From: Acidobacterium sp.
GTDB taxonomy: Bacteria > Acidobacteriota > Vicinamibacteria > Vicinamibacterales > UBA2999
DNA: 64,000 nucleotides
Assembly (NCBI GenBank): GCA_002737365.1
Contig: NSIL01000005.1
Location: forward strand, 54,399 to 118,398
Reading direction: 5' to 3'
Shown here: piece after piece, positions 19,083 through 27,870 of the stretch
Numbering within the stretch: the stretch's first letter is position 1
Layout: every line of letters begins with the position of its first letter
The notes under the pieces: generated by a model
What the model saw: only the letters and a program-made list of their open reading frames with translations
Database searches by the model: none
Told to the model about the DNA's origin: nothing
Translations under genes and position numbers: made by a program

Positions 19083-20816
19083 CTATCGGGCCGGGCGGAC
19101 GGGGGTGGTGGGGAGCAGGCCCTGCTCCACCAGCGTCGGGGGCTTGCGTCGCTTCGTTGCCTGCTCCCATGCGTACGCGACGGCCAGCAGATCGCCGTCC
19201 GTCCACGGCCGCGACGAGAACTCCAGGCCGAACGGCAGGCCGCTCTCGTAGAATCCGGCGGGCACCACGACGGCCGGCACGCCGATCATGTTGACCCAGC
19301 TGGTATTCGAATGCGGTCCGCCGCTCAGGGCACCGTCTTGCGCCATGGTCTCGTCCGGTGGCGGCATCTGGATGGCGGGATAGACATAGCCATCCAGCTT
19401 CAGGCGATCCATCGTTTCGAGATATGCCGCCAACGTCGCCCGCTTCGGCGCGTGGTAATTGCGCTCGGCATCGGGATCGGCGTCAAGCAATCGTTGGTCG
19501 ATGCGCACACCGCCGATGTTGTTGAATGATGCCTCGCTGCCGATGGACGAAGTGAAGAGCGGCTTGCCGGTGGCCTTCAAGTAGTCTGTGGCCGAGTGAT
19601 ACCCCGCTGGGCCAAAGGCCGCAAGAAAGCGATTCGTGCCGTCCTGCATGTAGGCGTAAGTCGCGACGCGGCTCGCCGTCTTCGCAAATGCCGCCGGCAG
19701 GAGGCCGGCGTCCACGACCACCTCGGCGCCGGCCGCGCGCAGCGCCTCGACCGCCTTCAGAAACATCTGGAGCGTCTCGGGCCTGAGCAACAGCGTGGCC
19801 CCGACGCGATACTTCTCGGCCGCCGCCCCGGGCACCTTGGCGGGAATGCCATGGAACGGCACGCCTTCGCCGGCCAGGATGAACGCCGGCACACCGAAGC
19901 GCTTGCCCTTCAGTACATCGGCCTTGAGGTAGGGCTCGTACGGACCTGGCTGCTTCGAGGCAGGCGTTTGCGTGGTGGCCGCGTCGAGCGGATCCACTCC
20001 CGTCATCACCGCCAGCGCGATCGCCGCGTCGGCGGCATTCCGGGCGATCGGGCCTGTGTTGTCGAGCAGCCAGTCGAGCGGCGCGATGCCGGCAATGCTG
20101 ACCAACCCGCGTGTCGGGAACACGCCGACCAGCGCGCTGGTCGCCGCGGGCATGCGGATGGAGTTCCCCGTGTCAGTGCCGTTGCCGAGCACCGCCATGT
20201 TCGCAGCCACGGCCGTCACCGTGCCGCCCGACGACCCACCAGGCGAGAAGCGCACGTCGTAGGCATTGCCCGTCCGGCCGAACGAACTGCTGCGATTGGT
20301 GTCGCTGTTGGCGAGGTCGGGCATGTTGGTGTGCCCGACGATGATGGCGCCGGCGACTTTGAATTTGGTGACGATGGTGGCGTCCTGCGGGGCGATCAGT
20401 TCGTGGCCCAGGTGGGTGAAGCCTTCCCATCCGGCAGAGGTGACTTGCCCCTTGATCGAGGTGTTGGCCTTAATCACGATCGGCACGCCCCATAACGGTC
20501 CATGGTTGGCCGTTGCGGCATCGGCGTCCTGGCGCCGCGCCTCGGCGAGGGCCGCGGCGCGAAACACCGTCTCAATCGCCCCGTAGACGCCGTTGTAGCG
20601 ATCGATGCGATCGAGGTGCCACCGCACCACCTGCGTCACGGTGTATTTCTTGTCGGCGTAGAAGCGGTGCAACTGCGCGACCGTCACGTCCAGTAGATCG
20701 CTGTCGATGCTCGCGGCTGGCGCAGCGGTCGGCGTCCCAGGCGCTGACCCGCAGCCCGTGGCGGCAGCCAGAATGAATGCGAGCGCGGCGAGACGAATGG
20801 CTGTGCGATGGATCAT
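19083..20816 (-). CDS. amidase-signature family amidase, lipoprotein
   Basis: GGSSGG with upstream Lys (VIKANTSIKG). Lipobox LAAATGC after MIHRTAIRLAALAFI. Start set at ATG 20816 (TATGAT plus 6 nt upstream). The ORF track begins at TTG 20840. Confidence 0.8.
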   Translation of the reverse strand: MIHRTAIRLAALAFILAAATGCGSAPGTPTAAPAASIDSDLLDVTVAQLHRFYADKKYTVTQVVRWHLDRIDRYNGVYGAIETVFRAAALAEARRQDADAATANHGPLWGVPIVIKANTSIKGQVTSAGWEGFTHLGHELIAPQDATIVTKFKVAGAIIVGHTNMPDLANSDTNRSSSFGRTGNAYDVRFSPGGSSGGTVTAVAANMAVLGNGTDTGNSIRMPAATSALVGVFPTRGLVSIAGIAPLDWLLDNTGPIARNAADAAIALAVMTGVDPLDAATTQTPASKQPGPYEPYLKADVLKGKRFGVPAFILAGEGVPFHGIPAKVPGAAAEKYRVGATLLLRPETLQMFLKAVEALRAAGAEVVVDAGLLPAAFAKTASRVATYAYMQDGTNRFLAAFGPAGYHSATDYLKATGKPLFTSSIGSEASFNNIGGVRIDQRLLDADPDAERNYHAPKRATLAAYLETMDRLKLDGYVYPAIQMPPPDETMAQDGALSGGPHSNTSWVNMIGVPAVVVPAGFYESGLPFGLEFSSRPWTDGDLLAVAYAWEQATKRRKPPTLVEQGLLPTTPVRPAR

Positions 20817-20822
20817 CCGCGC

Positions 20823-20841
20823 ATCATATCTGAGCGACAAT
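20823..20841. promoter_or_regulatory. back-to-back -10 boxes: TATGAT (minus, 20828-20823) and GACAAT (plus, 20836-20841)
   Basis: TATGAT plus 6 nt to the amidase ATG 20816. GACAAT plus 7 nt to the VOC ATG 20849. Confidence 0.4.
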
Positions 20842-20848
20842 AGCGCTC

Positions 20849-21367
20849 ATGAAAGCGCGCTCGTTCAGCCACGTCGGCATCACGGTCAGAGACTTCAACA
20901 CCTTCGTCCGCTTTTACTGGGATGTCTTCGGCTGCCCGCTGGTCGGCGTCTCCGACACGCCGTCGGATCGCGTGCGCAGCTTCTTCGGCGTCGACGCACA
21001 AGCCCCCAGCTGCAAGATCGGCTGGATCCGCGTGCCGGGTGGTGCCGTCCTCGAGATTTTCGAGTTTCAGCCGCAGCAGCCGCTGGTGCCAGGTCCGTGG
21101 AACCGCGTCGGCCTCACCCACTTCAGCCTCAACGTGCGCAATACGCAGAAGTGGTACGACTACTTAATCAGCAAGGGCGTCGCGTGCCTGTCGAAGCCCG
21201 AGAAGTCACCGCGCGGCCACACCTTCTTCTTCGCGAAAGACTGCGACGGCAACCTGATCGAGCTGATGGACCTGGGCTTCATGCACTACGTGCTCGACTG
21301 GGGCGGGCCACTCGGCGGGTTCCTGTTTCGTCGAGGCATGTACAAGAAGTACTACGAACCGAAATAG
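20849..21367 (+). CDS. VOC/glyoxalase family protein
   Basis: 172 aa. FSHVGITVRDFNTFVRFYWDVFG and GLTHFSLNV, the typical paired beta-alpha-beta-beta-beta modules. Confidence 0.7.
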   Translation: MKARSFSHVGITVRDFNTFVRFYWDVFGCPLVGVSDTPSDRVRSFFGVDAQAPSCKIGWIRVPGGAVLEIFEFQPQQPLVPGPWNRVGLTHFSLNVRNTQKWYDYLISKGVACLSKPEKSPRGHTFFFAKDCDGNLIELMDLGFMHYVLDWGGPLGGFLFRRGMYKKYYEPK

Positions 21368-21385
21368 TTACAGAGGACACTGCGG

Positions 21386-21913
21386 CTAGCTCTTGACAGG
21401 GGCGGTCACCGTTGTCGGTGCGGCATCTGGTGCCGGCACCTCCAGAAACTGGAACGCCACGTTCGAGACCAGGCAGTAGCCGACGAAGTAGTAGAAGCCG
21501 GTGCCGATCACGGCATCGAGATTGTCGATGGCTTTTGAGGCCATGAACGCGATGAAGACACCGACTGCAAAGACGTCGGCCATGGCCCACTTGCTGATCG
21601 AGCGCACGAACAAGTAGAGCCGATACCGGGGACCCGCCGCCTTGATGGCCAGGATCACCCCGAGTAGCGCCGCCTTGATGAAGGGCACGATGATGCTGAA
21701 CAGCAGGATCAGGCCGGCGACAAAGTAGTTGCCGGTTTCGTAAAGGCTTTTCACCGCCTGCAGCACGTTTTGGGTCTGGCGGAAAATCTCGGTTGGCTTG
21801 TTGAAGATGGGAATGGACGCCACAATCGTGAGCGCCGGCTGCAACAACCCGGGGATCAGGAGAGCGAGGGACACCAGTGTCAAGCCAACCGCCACCTTGT
21901 TTCGCGTCGTCAT
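21386..21913 (-). CDS. paraquat-inducible protein A (PqiA)-like membrane protein
   Basis: 175 aa with 4 hydrophobic helices. SIIVPFIKAALLGVIL and ISKWAMADVFAVGVFIAF resemble PqiA repeats. TAGATT plus 6 nt upstream of the ATG. Confidence 0.6.
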   Translation of the reverse strand: MTTRNKVAVGLTLVSLALLIPGLLQPALTIVASIPIFNKPTEIFRQTQNVLQAVKSLYETGNYFVAGLILLFSIIVPFIKAALLGVILAIKAAGPRYRLYLFVRSISKWAMADVFAVGVFIAFMASKAIDNLDAVIGTGFYYFVGYCLVSNVAFQFLEVPAPDAAPTTVTAPVKS

Positions 21914-22863
21914 GGCGGCAATCTAGCACAAGGACGCTGGGCCTGGTCGTGCTTGCTGGGCTGGTCGTCCTGTGGGCACAGCCGGCCGCGCAGGTCCGGG
22001 TCTCGCAGCCGTACGCGGGCGTCACCTACATCGACCGCTGGCTCGACGCCCCACGGCGCATCCACCTGCACATCGCGCAAATCGACCTGGCCACGCCGGG
22101 CCTCCGGTTCAAGGTCTCACCACCCGCCGGGGACCGGGAAGCGATGCGGCAGTCAACGCTGGCGTTTGCCACCCTGGAGCGCGCGCAGGTGGCCATCAAC
22201 GGCCACTTCTTCCTGCCTTTTCCATCGACCGAACGCACGGCATGGGTCATCGGCCTGGCCGCGTCTGAAGGCCGGGTCTACTCGGCGTTCGAGTCGCCGG
22301 CACAACGCTATGCGCTCGTCGCCAACGCCCCGGCCCTCAATATCGATCGCGAGAATCGCGCGTCGCTCGTGCATTGGGATCCAGCGCAGCCCGATGGGCG
22401 CCGGGTACTCGAGCCGGTGACGCTGTGGAATGTGGTGGCGGGCTCGGCACAGATCGTCACGGACGGGGTCGTGACGGTTCCGCAGTATCGCGACGCGGCG
22501 CATCCGGTGGCGCTACTCGAACCGGGCGGTCCGAACGATTACTCGAACGCCGTGGCCTGGAGCGAGGTGGCCACGGCGCGCACGGCCATCGGCCTGTCGC
22601 GCGATCAGCGCACCCTCACGCTGTTCACCGCCGATGTTCGTGGCGGCAGCGAGGGCATGCGACTGGATGAAGTCGGCCGCGTGTTGAGCGATCAGTACGG
22701 CGTGTGGGACGCGCTTAACCTTGATGGCGGTGGTTCAACGTCGATGGTCCTCGCCGATCCCATGACCGGCGAGGCTGCCCTCGTCAACACTTCGTCCGAC
22801 AATCCCACCGGCCGCGAAGTCGCGACCAGCCTGGCCGTGTTCGCACCGAAGCCTCCGCGTTAA
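21877..22863 (+). CDS. phosphodiester glycosidase (NAGPA/DUF2233) family protein, secreted
   Basis: ALNLDGGGSTSMVL signature and hydrophobic N-terminus LGLVVLAGLVVLWAQPAAQ. True start uncertain, because the annotated start overlaps the divergent pqiA-like start. Confidence 0.6.
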   Translation: MSSQPPPCFASSWRQSSTRTLGLVVLAGLVVLWAQPAAQVRVSQPYAGVTYIDRWLDAPRRIHLHIAQIDLATPGLRFKVSPPAGDREAMRQSTLAFATLERAQVAINGHFFLPFPSTERTAWVIGLAASEGRVYSAFESPAQRYALVANAPALNIDRENRASLVHWDPAQPDGRRVLEPVTLWNVVAGSAQIVTDGVVTVPQYRDAAHPVALLEPGGPNDYSNAVAWSEVATARTAIGLSRDQRTLTLFTADVRGGSEGMRLDEVGRVLSDQYGVWDALNLDGGGSTSMVLADPMTGEAALVNTSSDNPTGREVATSLAVFAPKPPR

Positions 22864-23252
22864 CGGCGCGCGAGGTACGTCTTGGTCTGCTGGCTGACCA
22901 GGTCGAGCAGGTTGCCCATCACCAGATTGACATCCACCAGATGCAAGCCCCAGTCGGCCAGCGGCTTGGCGCGCATCCCGAGGTCGCCGACGATGTCGTC
23001 GACGCGCGGGTCGGCCGGATCGGCGTTGACGGTCACCTCGAGGTAGGTGGCGTGCTCGTTGGAGGCGCATTTCGCAGTGAGCAGGCCCGGGACGCTGACC
23101 CACGGCGTGTCGACGGTCTTGTCGGTCACCCACGGCTTGACGGCCGAGGGACCGGTGATGGTGCGGCCTGACGCTGCCAGGTAGGCGTGCAGCGGCGCGC
23201 TGCCGGCGCCAAGCGTGACCGGGTTGGTACACGAGCCGGATCGGCGGACCAC
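22860..23252 (-). CDS. hypothetical protein, probably the 3' part of a disrupted secreted-protein gene
   Basis: 130-aa ORF with good G/C3 bias from about TNPVTLGAG onward. A signal-peptide mini-ORF lies upstream in another frame (see findings). No family recognised. Confidence 0.4.
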   Translation of the reverse strand: MVRRSGSCTNPVTLGAGSAPLHAYLAASGRTITGPSAVKPWVTDKTVDTPWVSVPGLLTAKCASNEHATYLEVTVNADPADPRVDDIVGDLGMRAKPLADWGLHLVDVNLVMGNLLDLVSQQTKTYLARR

Positions 23253-23475
23253 GCTTCGCGGGTCATCGTGCCATCGGCTGCCACCACCGTCGTCGTGAGG
23301 TCTATGTCACCGCGGCGGGCGCGGCGGGCTGGGCCGCTGGCGCTTGCGCGCCAAGGGGAGCGATTGCCGCCAGGCTGCCGAACAGGACCAGGGCGAAGAT
23401 TGACCGTCGAATCACGTGAGCCTCCGTTTCAACGCGGATGCCAATTCATTTTGGGCGGTGTTAAACTTCGGCCTC

Positions 23476-23925
23476 ATGAAAACCTTCGCCCTCGTCCTGT
23501 TGGCCGGCGTGACAGCACTGGCGCAGGCCCCGGCACCGGCCAAACAGCTCGCGCCCGAGCGGCCGCCGATCCGCAACGTCGGCAGCATGAGCGACCTGAT
23601 GGTGAAAATCATCTACCCCGCGTCAGATGCGCTGTTCTACATCGAGTCGCGGACCCCAACCACCGACGCCGAATGGACGATACTTGAAGGCCAGGCGCTG
23701 ATGGTCGCCGAGTCGGCCAACCTGCTGATGCTGCCTGGACGGGCTCGCGATCAGAAACAGTGGCTGGCCGACTCCAAGCTGATGCTCGAGGCCGGCGCCG
23801 CAGCGGTGAAAGCCGTCAAGACCAGGAACGTCGACGGCATCGTCGCGCTCAGCGACCAGCTGATGGAGTCGTGCACGTCGTGCCACAAGCATTACCGGCC
23901 CGGCTACGGTAAACCGGTAGGCTAG
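23476..23925 (+). CDS. periplasmic class II c-type cytochrome (cytochrome c-prime-like four-helix bundle)
   Basis: Signal peptide MKTFALVLLAGVTALAQA and a single heme motif CTSCH close to the C-terminus. Start at ATG 23476 (TAAACT plus 8 nt upstream). Confidence 0.6.
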   Translation: MKTFALVLLAGVTALAQAPAPAKQLAPERPPIRNVGSMSDLMVKIIYPASDALFYIESRTPTTDAEWTILEGQALMVAESANLLMLPGRARDQKQWLADSKLMLEAGAAAVKAVKTRNVDGIVALSDQLMESCTSCHKHYRPGYGKPVG

Positions 23926-25379
23926 ATCAATTTACGAACCCCTCGCCGCAGTCGTCGATACGCGGCCCACATGGTGGTCACGCTCAGGACGAGGCCGCCG
24001 AGGCTGAGCACAATCAAGACGAGGTCCCACAGCGGACGGCGATAGTACAGGAACGGGAAGTCAAGGCTGTGCAGCCCGTGATACAGCCAGCGATTGACGC
24101 GGGTCCATCGTTCTTCCTTCCGCGCGATCACGCCGCGCCTGGGATCGAGATAGAGCCAGGTCTGCTGCGGGTCGGCGAAGCGCACGCGCAACACCGGCAG
24201 GTTCAGTTGGCCGTTGCGGCTGTAGTAGTACGCGTCGTACTCCGTCATCCAGTAGACACCCTCGATTGGCACGCCGGGCATGGCCTCGCCGGCCGCCGCC
24301 AGAATGGCATCGGCATGAAACATCTCGTCAGGGCCCTGCGCCGTGACATCAAGCGCCACCAGGCCGGCGTTGGCCCTCAGGTAGTGGTGTCCGCGAAAGC
24401 GGATGATGTCGATCTCCCTGGGCGTGGCATGGCCAAATGCCGCGAGCCCCTTCTGAAGATGAGTCATCGATACCTCAGCCGGATGCAGCGGGCCCTGCGA
24501 CACGGCCTCGCGCTGGGCGCGCGTCGGCGCGGTGCTCGGATGCCAATCCCACGGATCCATCGAGAGCAGGCCGCTGAAGACCCACGTGATGGTGGTGAGG
24601 CCAAAGATCAGTCCCGCGTAGTGGTGCCATTTTACGAGGCCGGCATAGGGGGTGCGCGACAGCTGCCGCTTGAGCCGGTACGGCCGGCGCGGCGAGAATC
24701 GCCAGAGCCCCCACACGAAACCGGCAAGCGCCATCACCGTGCCGGCCAGCGACGTCCACACGATTGTGCTGTTCCATAACGCCGCATCACGCCGCAACGG
24801 CGTGAAGTAGAGCCAATGGAAGACCGCGCCGAGATAGCCCCACGTCCGGCCACTTGTCGTTGTCCTCATGACGACTTCGCCGCTAAGTTCAGCGACGTAG
24901 AGCCGCGTACCCTCGGCATCGTCTACGGCCACGCGATGCATGGGCATCTGGCCGCGCACGCCGAAGGTCCACTGATCGGGGTCTTCGAGGCGGGCCTCGT
25001 GGTGAACCGCAGTGCTACCGGCGAAGCGGCGCGCAACTTCGACGGCGCGGTCGCCGGTCAGCGGCGCGAGTTGCTCACCGGTGTCGGCGAAGATGGTCTG
25101 CGACGTGCCCGGCGAGGTCACCCGATAGACCGGACGGCCGTCAAAGGTGGTGATGGTGAAGCGGGACGCTTCGTCGGCGACCGCGCCGGGTTCGATCCGG
25201 ACGGCCGCGAACTCGATCGGCGCGAGCCGGGCCAGGCGGTCGGCCGCGGTCAGCTCCGGCATGCGCGCGTACATCATGACAATGCCGGAGGCGAACCAGG
25301 CGACAAACAGGATGCTCAGCGCGATGCCGAGCCAGCGATGGCTGTAGACGAGCGTCCGTGCCGCTCGATGGTGGCTCAC
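23922..25379 (-). CDS. PepSY-associated TM helix protein (PiuB-like)
   Basis: 485 aa. N-terminus HRWLGIALSILFVAWFASGIVMMY, repeated LHxxxF/W-type TM segments and C-terminal WLYHGLHSLDFPFLYYRRPLWD. Confidence 0.7.
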   Translation of the reverse strand: MSHHRAARTLVYSHRWLGIALSILFVAWFASGIVMMYARMPELTAADRLARLAPIEFAAVRIEPGAVADEASRFTITTFDGRPVYRVTSPGTSQTIFADTGEQLAPLTGDRAVEVARRFAGSTAVHHEARLEDPDQWTFGVRGQMPMHRVAVDDAEGTRLYVAELSGEVVMRTTTSGRTWGYLGAVFHWLYFTPLRRDAALWNSTIVWTSLAGTVMALAGFVWGLWRFSPRRPYRLKRQLSRTPYAGLVKWHHYAGLIFGLTTITWVFSGLLSMDPWDWHPSTAPTRAQREAVSQGPLHPAEVSMTHLQKGLAAFGHATPREIDIIRFRGHHYLRANAGLVALDVTAQGPDEMFHADAILAAAGEAMPGVPIEGVYWMTEYDAYYYSRNGQLNLPVLRVRFADPQQTWLYLDPRRGVIARKEERWTRVNRWLYHGLHSLDFPFLYYRRPLWDLVLIVLSLGGLVLSVTTMWAAYRRLRRGVRKLI

Positions 25380-25470
25380 CTTATTTCGCGTCGGGCCGAG
25401 TCCAGTGTGGCCATCGGCGTTGCTTGTATCACAACTTGAGCCGGTGTCGTTTAAACTGTTGCCATCAACA

Positions 25471-25764
25471 ATGTGGACCCTTCAATCAACTGATCCCGCT
25501 GACGCTGATCTGGTGTTCCGCCTGCTGCCCGGCAGCTTGAAGACCATCGGCCGGGCGCCGGGTGTGGACTTCGTGGTCGATGCTGCGCTGGTCTCGCGGG
25601 TGCATTGCCGCCTGACCCTCAGTGACACCAACGAATTGCTGCTCGAGGATCTCGGCAGTACTAACGGCACATTCGTGAACGGCGAGAAGGTGCCCAAGGC
25701 CGTGCTGAGCGACGGCGACAAGGTGACGGTGGGCCGGATCGAGTTCGTGGTCAATGAGGCTTGA
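25471..25764 (+). CDS. stand-alone FHA domain protein
   Basis: 97 aa. IGRAPGVDFVVDAALVSRVHCRL...DLGSTNGTFVNGEKV. The ORF-track upstream extension is not coding-like. Confidence 0.75.
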   Translation: MWTLQSTDPADADLVFRLLPGSLKTIGRAPGVDFVVDAALVSRVHCRLTLSDTNELLLEDLGSTNGTFVNGEKVPKAVLSDGDKVTVGRIEFVVNEA

Positions 25765-25774
25765 GGCTCAAGCC
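25753..25774 (+). repeat. third copy of the element, here closing into a GGCTTGAG/CTCAAGCC inverted repeat across two convergent stop codons
   Basis: AATGAGGCTTGAGGCTCAAGCC. Contains the FHA gene stop (25762-25764) and the MBL gene stop (25768-25770). Confidence 0.6.
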
Positions 25775-26439
25775 CCAGGCCGCTTGTTTGCCAAGTGCTC
25801 CAACACGAATGGGTTCGACCGCCGCTCGCGGCCAATCGTCGTCTCTGGTCCGTGCCCGGAGTAGACGATCGACTCATCCGGAAAGGCGAACAGCACGTCG
25901 GTAATCGCCTTCATCAGCACGTCGTAGTCACCGCCCGGCAGGTCGGTGCGGCCAATCGAGCCGGCAAACAGGTTGTCGCCGGCAAATAACGCCGGTGCCC
26001 CCGCATCGCCCATCTTCGTCACCGCCAGGCAGACGCCTCCGGGCGCGTGGCCCGGTGTGTGATGAACCGCAACCTGGTAATCGCCGAAGGTGATGGCCCC
26101 CAGCTGGTCGTAGTAGCGATCGACCGGCGGCGGTTGCTCGATCTGGATGCCGAACACCGCCCCGTGCCAAGCCGCGTTGTCGTACAACGCCTGGTCCGCC
26201 AGGTGCAGGTAGATCGGCGCCTGAAGACGCCGCCTCGCCTCGGCGACCCCAGAGACGTGATCGACATGCGCGTGCGTCAGCAGGATGTGGCTGACTTGCA
26301 ATCTGCGTTCGGCGATGAACCCGAGCAATTGCTCAACTTCATCACCCGGATCGATGTAGACGGCGGCGTGGGTGCGCTCGCACCCCAGCACGTAGCCGTT
26401 CTTCTGAAATGGCCCTTCCGCCGCCGTCGCCAGGATCAT
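25768..26439 (-). CDS. MBL-fold metallo-hydrolase (glyoxalase II-like)
   Basis: 223 aa. HAHVDH motif, TPGHAPGG, and GDNLFAGSIGRTDLPGG. Confidence 0.8.
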   Translation of the reverse strand: MILATAAEGPFQKNGYVLGCERTHAAVYIDPGDEVEQLLGFIAERRLQVSHILLTHAHVDHVSGVAEARRRLQAPIYLHLADQALYDNAAWHGAVFGIQIEQPPPVDRYYDQLGAITFGDYQVAVHHTPGHAPGGVCLAVTKMGDAGAPALFAGDNLFAGSIGRTDLPGGDYDVLMKAITDVLFAFPDESIVYSGHGPETTIGRERRSNPFVLEHLANKRPGA

Positions 26440-26444
26440 TGCAC

Positions 26445-26451
26445 TAGGATA
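26445..26451. promoter_or_regulatory. shared -10 heptamer TAGGATA serving divergent MBL hydrolase (-) and receiver (+) genes
   Basis: Plus strand: TAGGAT (26445-26450) plus 6 nt to GTG 26457. Minus strand: TATCCT (26451-26446) plus 6 nt to ATG 26439. The intergenic region is 17 bp. Confidence 0.45.
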
Positions 26452-26456
26452 CTAGG

Positions 26457-26807
26457 GTGGTGATTGTGGCGGTGGACGACCTGATGTTTGCCTCGCGCAT
26501 TTCAAGTGCCGCCAAGGCCTTGGGCGTCGAGATCGCGTTCGCGCGGTCACCCGAGGCCATTGTCGAAGCCGTTCGCACCAAGGCGCCACGACTGGTCATC
26601 CTGGACCTCAACAGCGTCAAGGTGCGGCCGCTCGAGGCGGTCGCCGCGCTCAAGGCCGACGCGGCCCTCGCCGCCGTGCCAACAGTAGGCTTCGTGTCAC
26701 ACGTCCAGGCCGACCTCATTACCGAGGCGCGGCGGGCCGGCGTCGACCAGGTGCTGGCGCGCTCGGCCTTCGTCATGCAGTTGCCACAGTTGCTGCAGGG
26801 TTCATGA
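26457..26807 (+). CDS. stand-alone receiver-like (CheY-fold) protein
   Basis: 116 aa. Acidic pair VDD, candidate phospho-Asp in LVILDLN. The conserved Lys position appears substituted. GTG start after TAGGAT plus 6 nt. Confidence 0.5.
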   Translation: MVIVAVDDLMFASRISSAAKALGVEIAFARSPEAIVEAVRTKAPRLVILDLNSVKVRPLEAVAALKADAALAAVPTVGFVSHVQADLITEARRAGVDQVLARSAFVMQLPQLLQGS

Positions 26808-27772
26808 TGCTGCCGACCGCACTTGATATCTACGAAGCGAAGCGGCGCCTCGCGCCGCATCTGCAAGCTACGCCCCTCCTGCCATCACACTGGCTGTCAT
26901 CGATTGCCGATGGCGACGTGTTCCTGAAGCTGGAGTCGCTCAACCTCACCAGCTCGTTCAAGATTCGCGGGGCCCTGAACGCGGCACTGCGGCTGATGGA
27001 GACCGGCGGCGCAGACACCTCACCACAACTGGTGACGGCATCGGCGGGCAACCACGGCCGCGCACTGGCCCTGGCCGCCGAGCGGCTTGGCCTGGCCTGC
27101 ACGGTGTTCACGCCTGCCAGTGCACCCGAGGCCAAGAAGAACGCCATTCGCCGCCACGGCGCCGTGCTGCATGGCGAATGCGACGACTACGACAGCGCCG
27201 AAAAGCAGGCGAAGGAATATGCCGCGGCCGATGGCGGCGTCTATATCTCGCCCTACAACCACCCCGATGTCATTGCCGGCGCCGGCACGATTGGCCTCGA
27301 GATCGTCGAGACGATGCCGGTGTTCGATGTGATGGTGGTTCCACTGGGAGGGGGCGGTCTCGCCAGCGGCGTGGGCCTGGCGGTCAAGGCCACCGCGCCT
27401 CACGTCACGATTGTCGGCGTCGAGGTTGAAGCCTCGTCACCTTTCACGCTCAGTCTCGAGGCTGGGCGCATCACCACGATTACGCCCCGGCCGTCGCTCG
27501 CCGATGGCCTGACCGGCAACCTCGAACCCGGCACCATCACGTTTCCACTGGTGAAGCAGGTGGTGAACTACGTGGTGACGGTCAGCGAGGACGACCTGGC
27601 TCGCGCCATGAAGGGCCTGGCTAACGAGGAGCGATTGATTGTCGAAGGCGCCGGCGGCGCCGCGACCGCGGCGATCATGGTCGGCAAGGCCTCGGCTCCG
27701 GGTCAGCGCGTCGTCGCGATGGTCACCGGCGGCAACGTCGACCTGCCGAAGTGGCTGTTCACCATCAGCTAA
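26804..27772 (+). CDS. PLP-dependent serine/threonine dehydratase (fold type II), no regulatory domain
   Basis: 322 aa. PLP-Lys motif SFKIRGA, SAGNHG, and glycine loop PLGGGGLASG. ATGA overlap with the receiver gene at 26804-26807. Confidence 0.75.
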   Translation: MMLPTALDIYEAKRRLAPHLQATPLLPSHWLSSIADGDVFLKLESLNLTSSFKIRGALNAALRLMETGGADTSPQLVTASAGNHGRALALAAERLGLACTVFTPASAPEAKKNAIRRHGAVLHGECDDYDSAEKQAKEYAAADGGVYISPYNHPDVIAGAGTIGLEIVETMPVFDVMVVPLGGGGLASGVGLAVKATAPHVTIVGVEVEASSPFTLSLEAGRITTITPRPSLADGLTGNLEPGTITFPLVKQVVNYVVTVSEDDLARAMKGLANEERLIVEGAGGAATAAIMVGKASAPGQRVVAMVTGGNVDLPKWLFTIS

Positions 27773-27870
27773 CCACGCAGCATTACGGTCTGCGCCGTTT
27801 GCAGGTCGCGGGCCTTCACGGCGGCGCCCGCCGGCACCAGTTCGAGTGGTTCGTAGCGGTTGGCGATCAC

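Noticed and set aside
23302-23310. RF2-like programmed +1 frameshift at ACA-TAG-A joining the signal-peptide mini-ORF to the 130-aa ORF
   Set aside because: The P-site codon ACA cannot re-pair in the +1 frame (CAT). No upstream Shine-Dalgarno-like stimulator is present. The first ~20 codons of the +1 frame are not coding-like. Simple indel decay is more parsimonious.
23476-25379. Cytochrome c-prime-like gene and PepSY membrane protein as a functional redox pair
   Set aside because: The genes are convergent (stop-stop overlap), so they are not co-transcribed. Adjacency alone is insufficient evidence.
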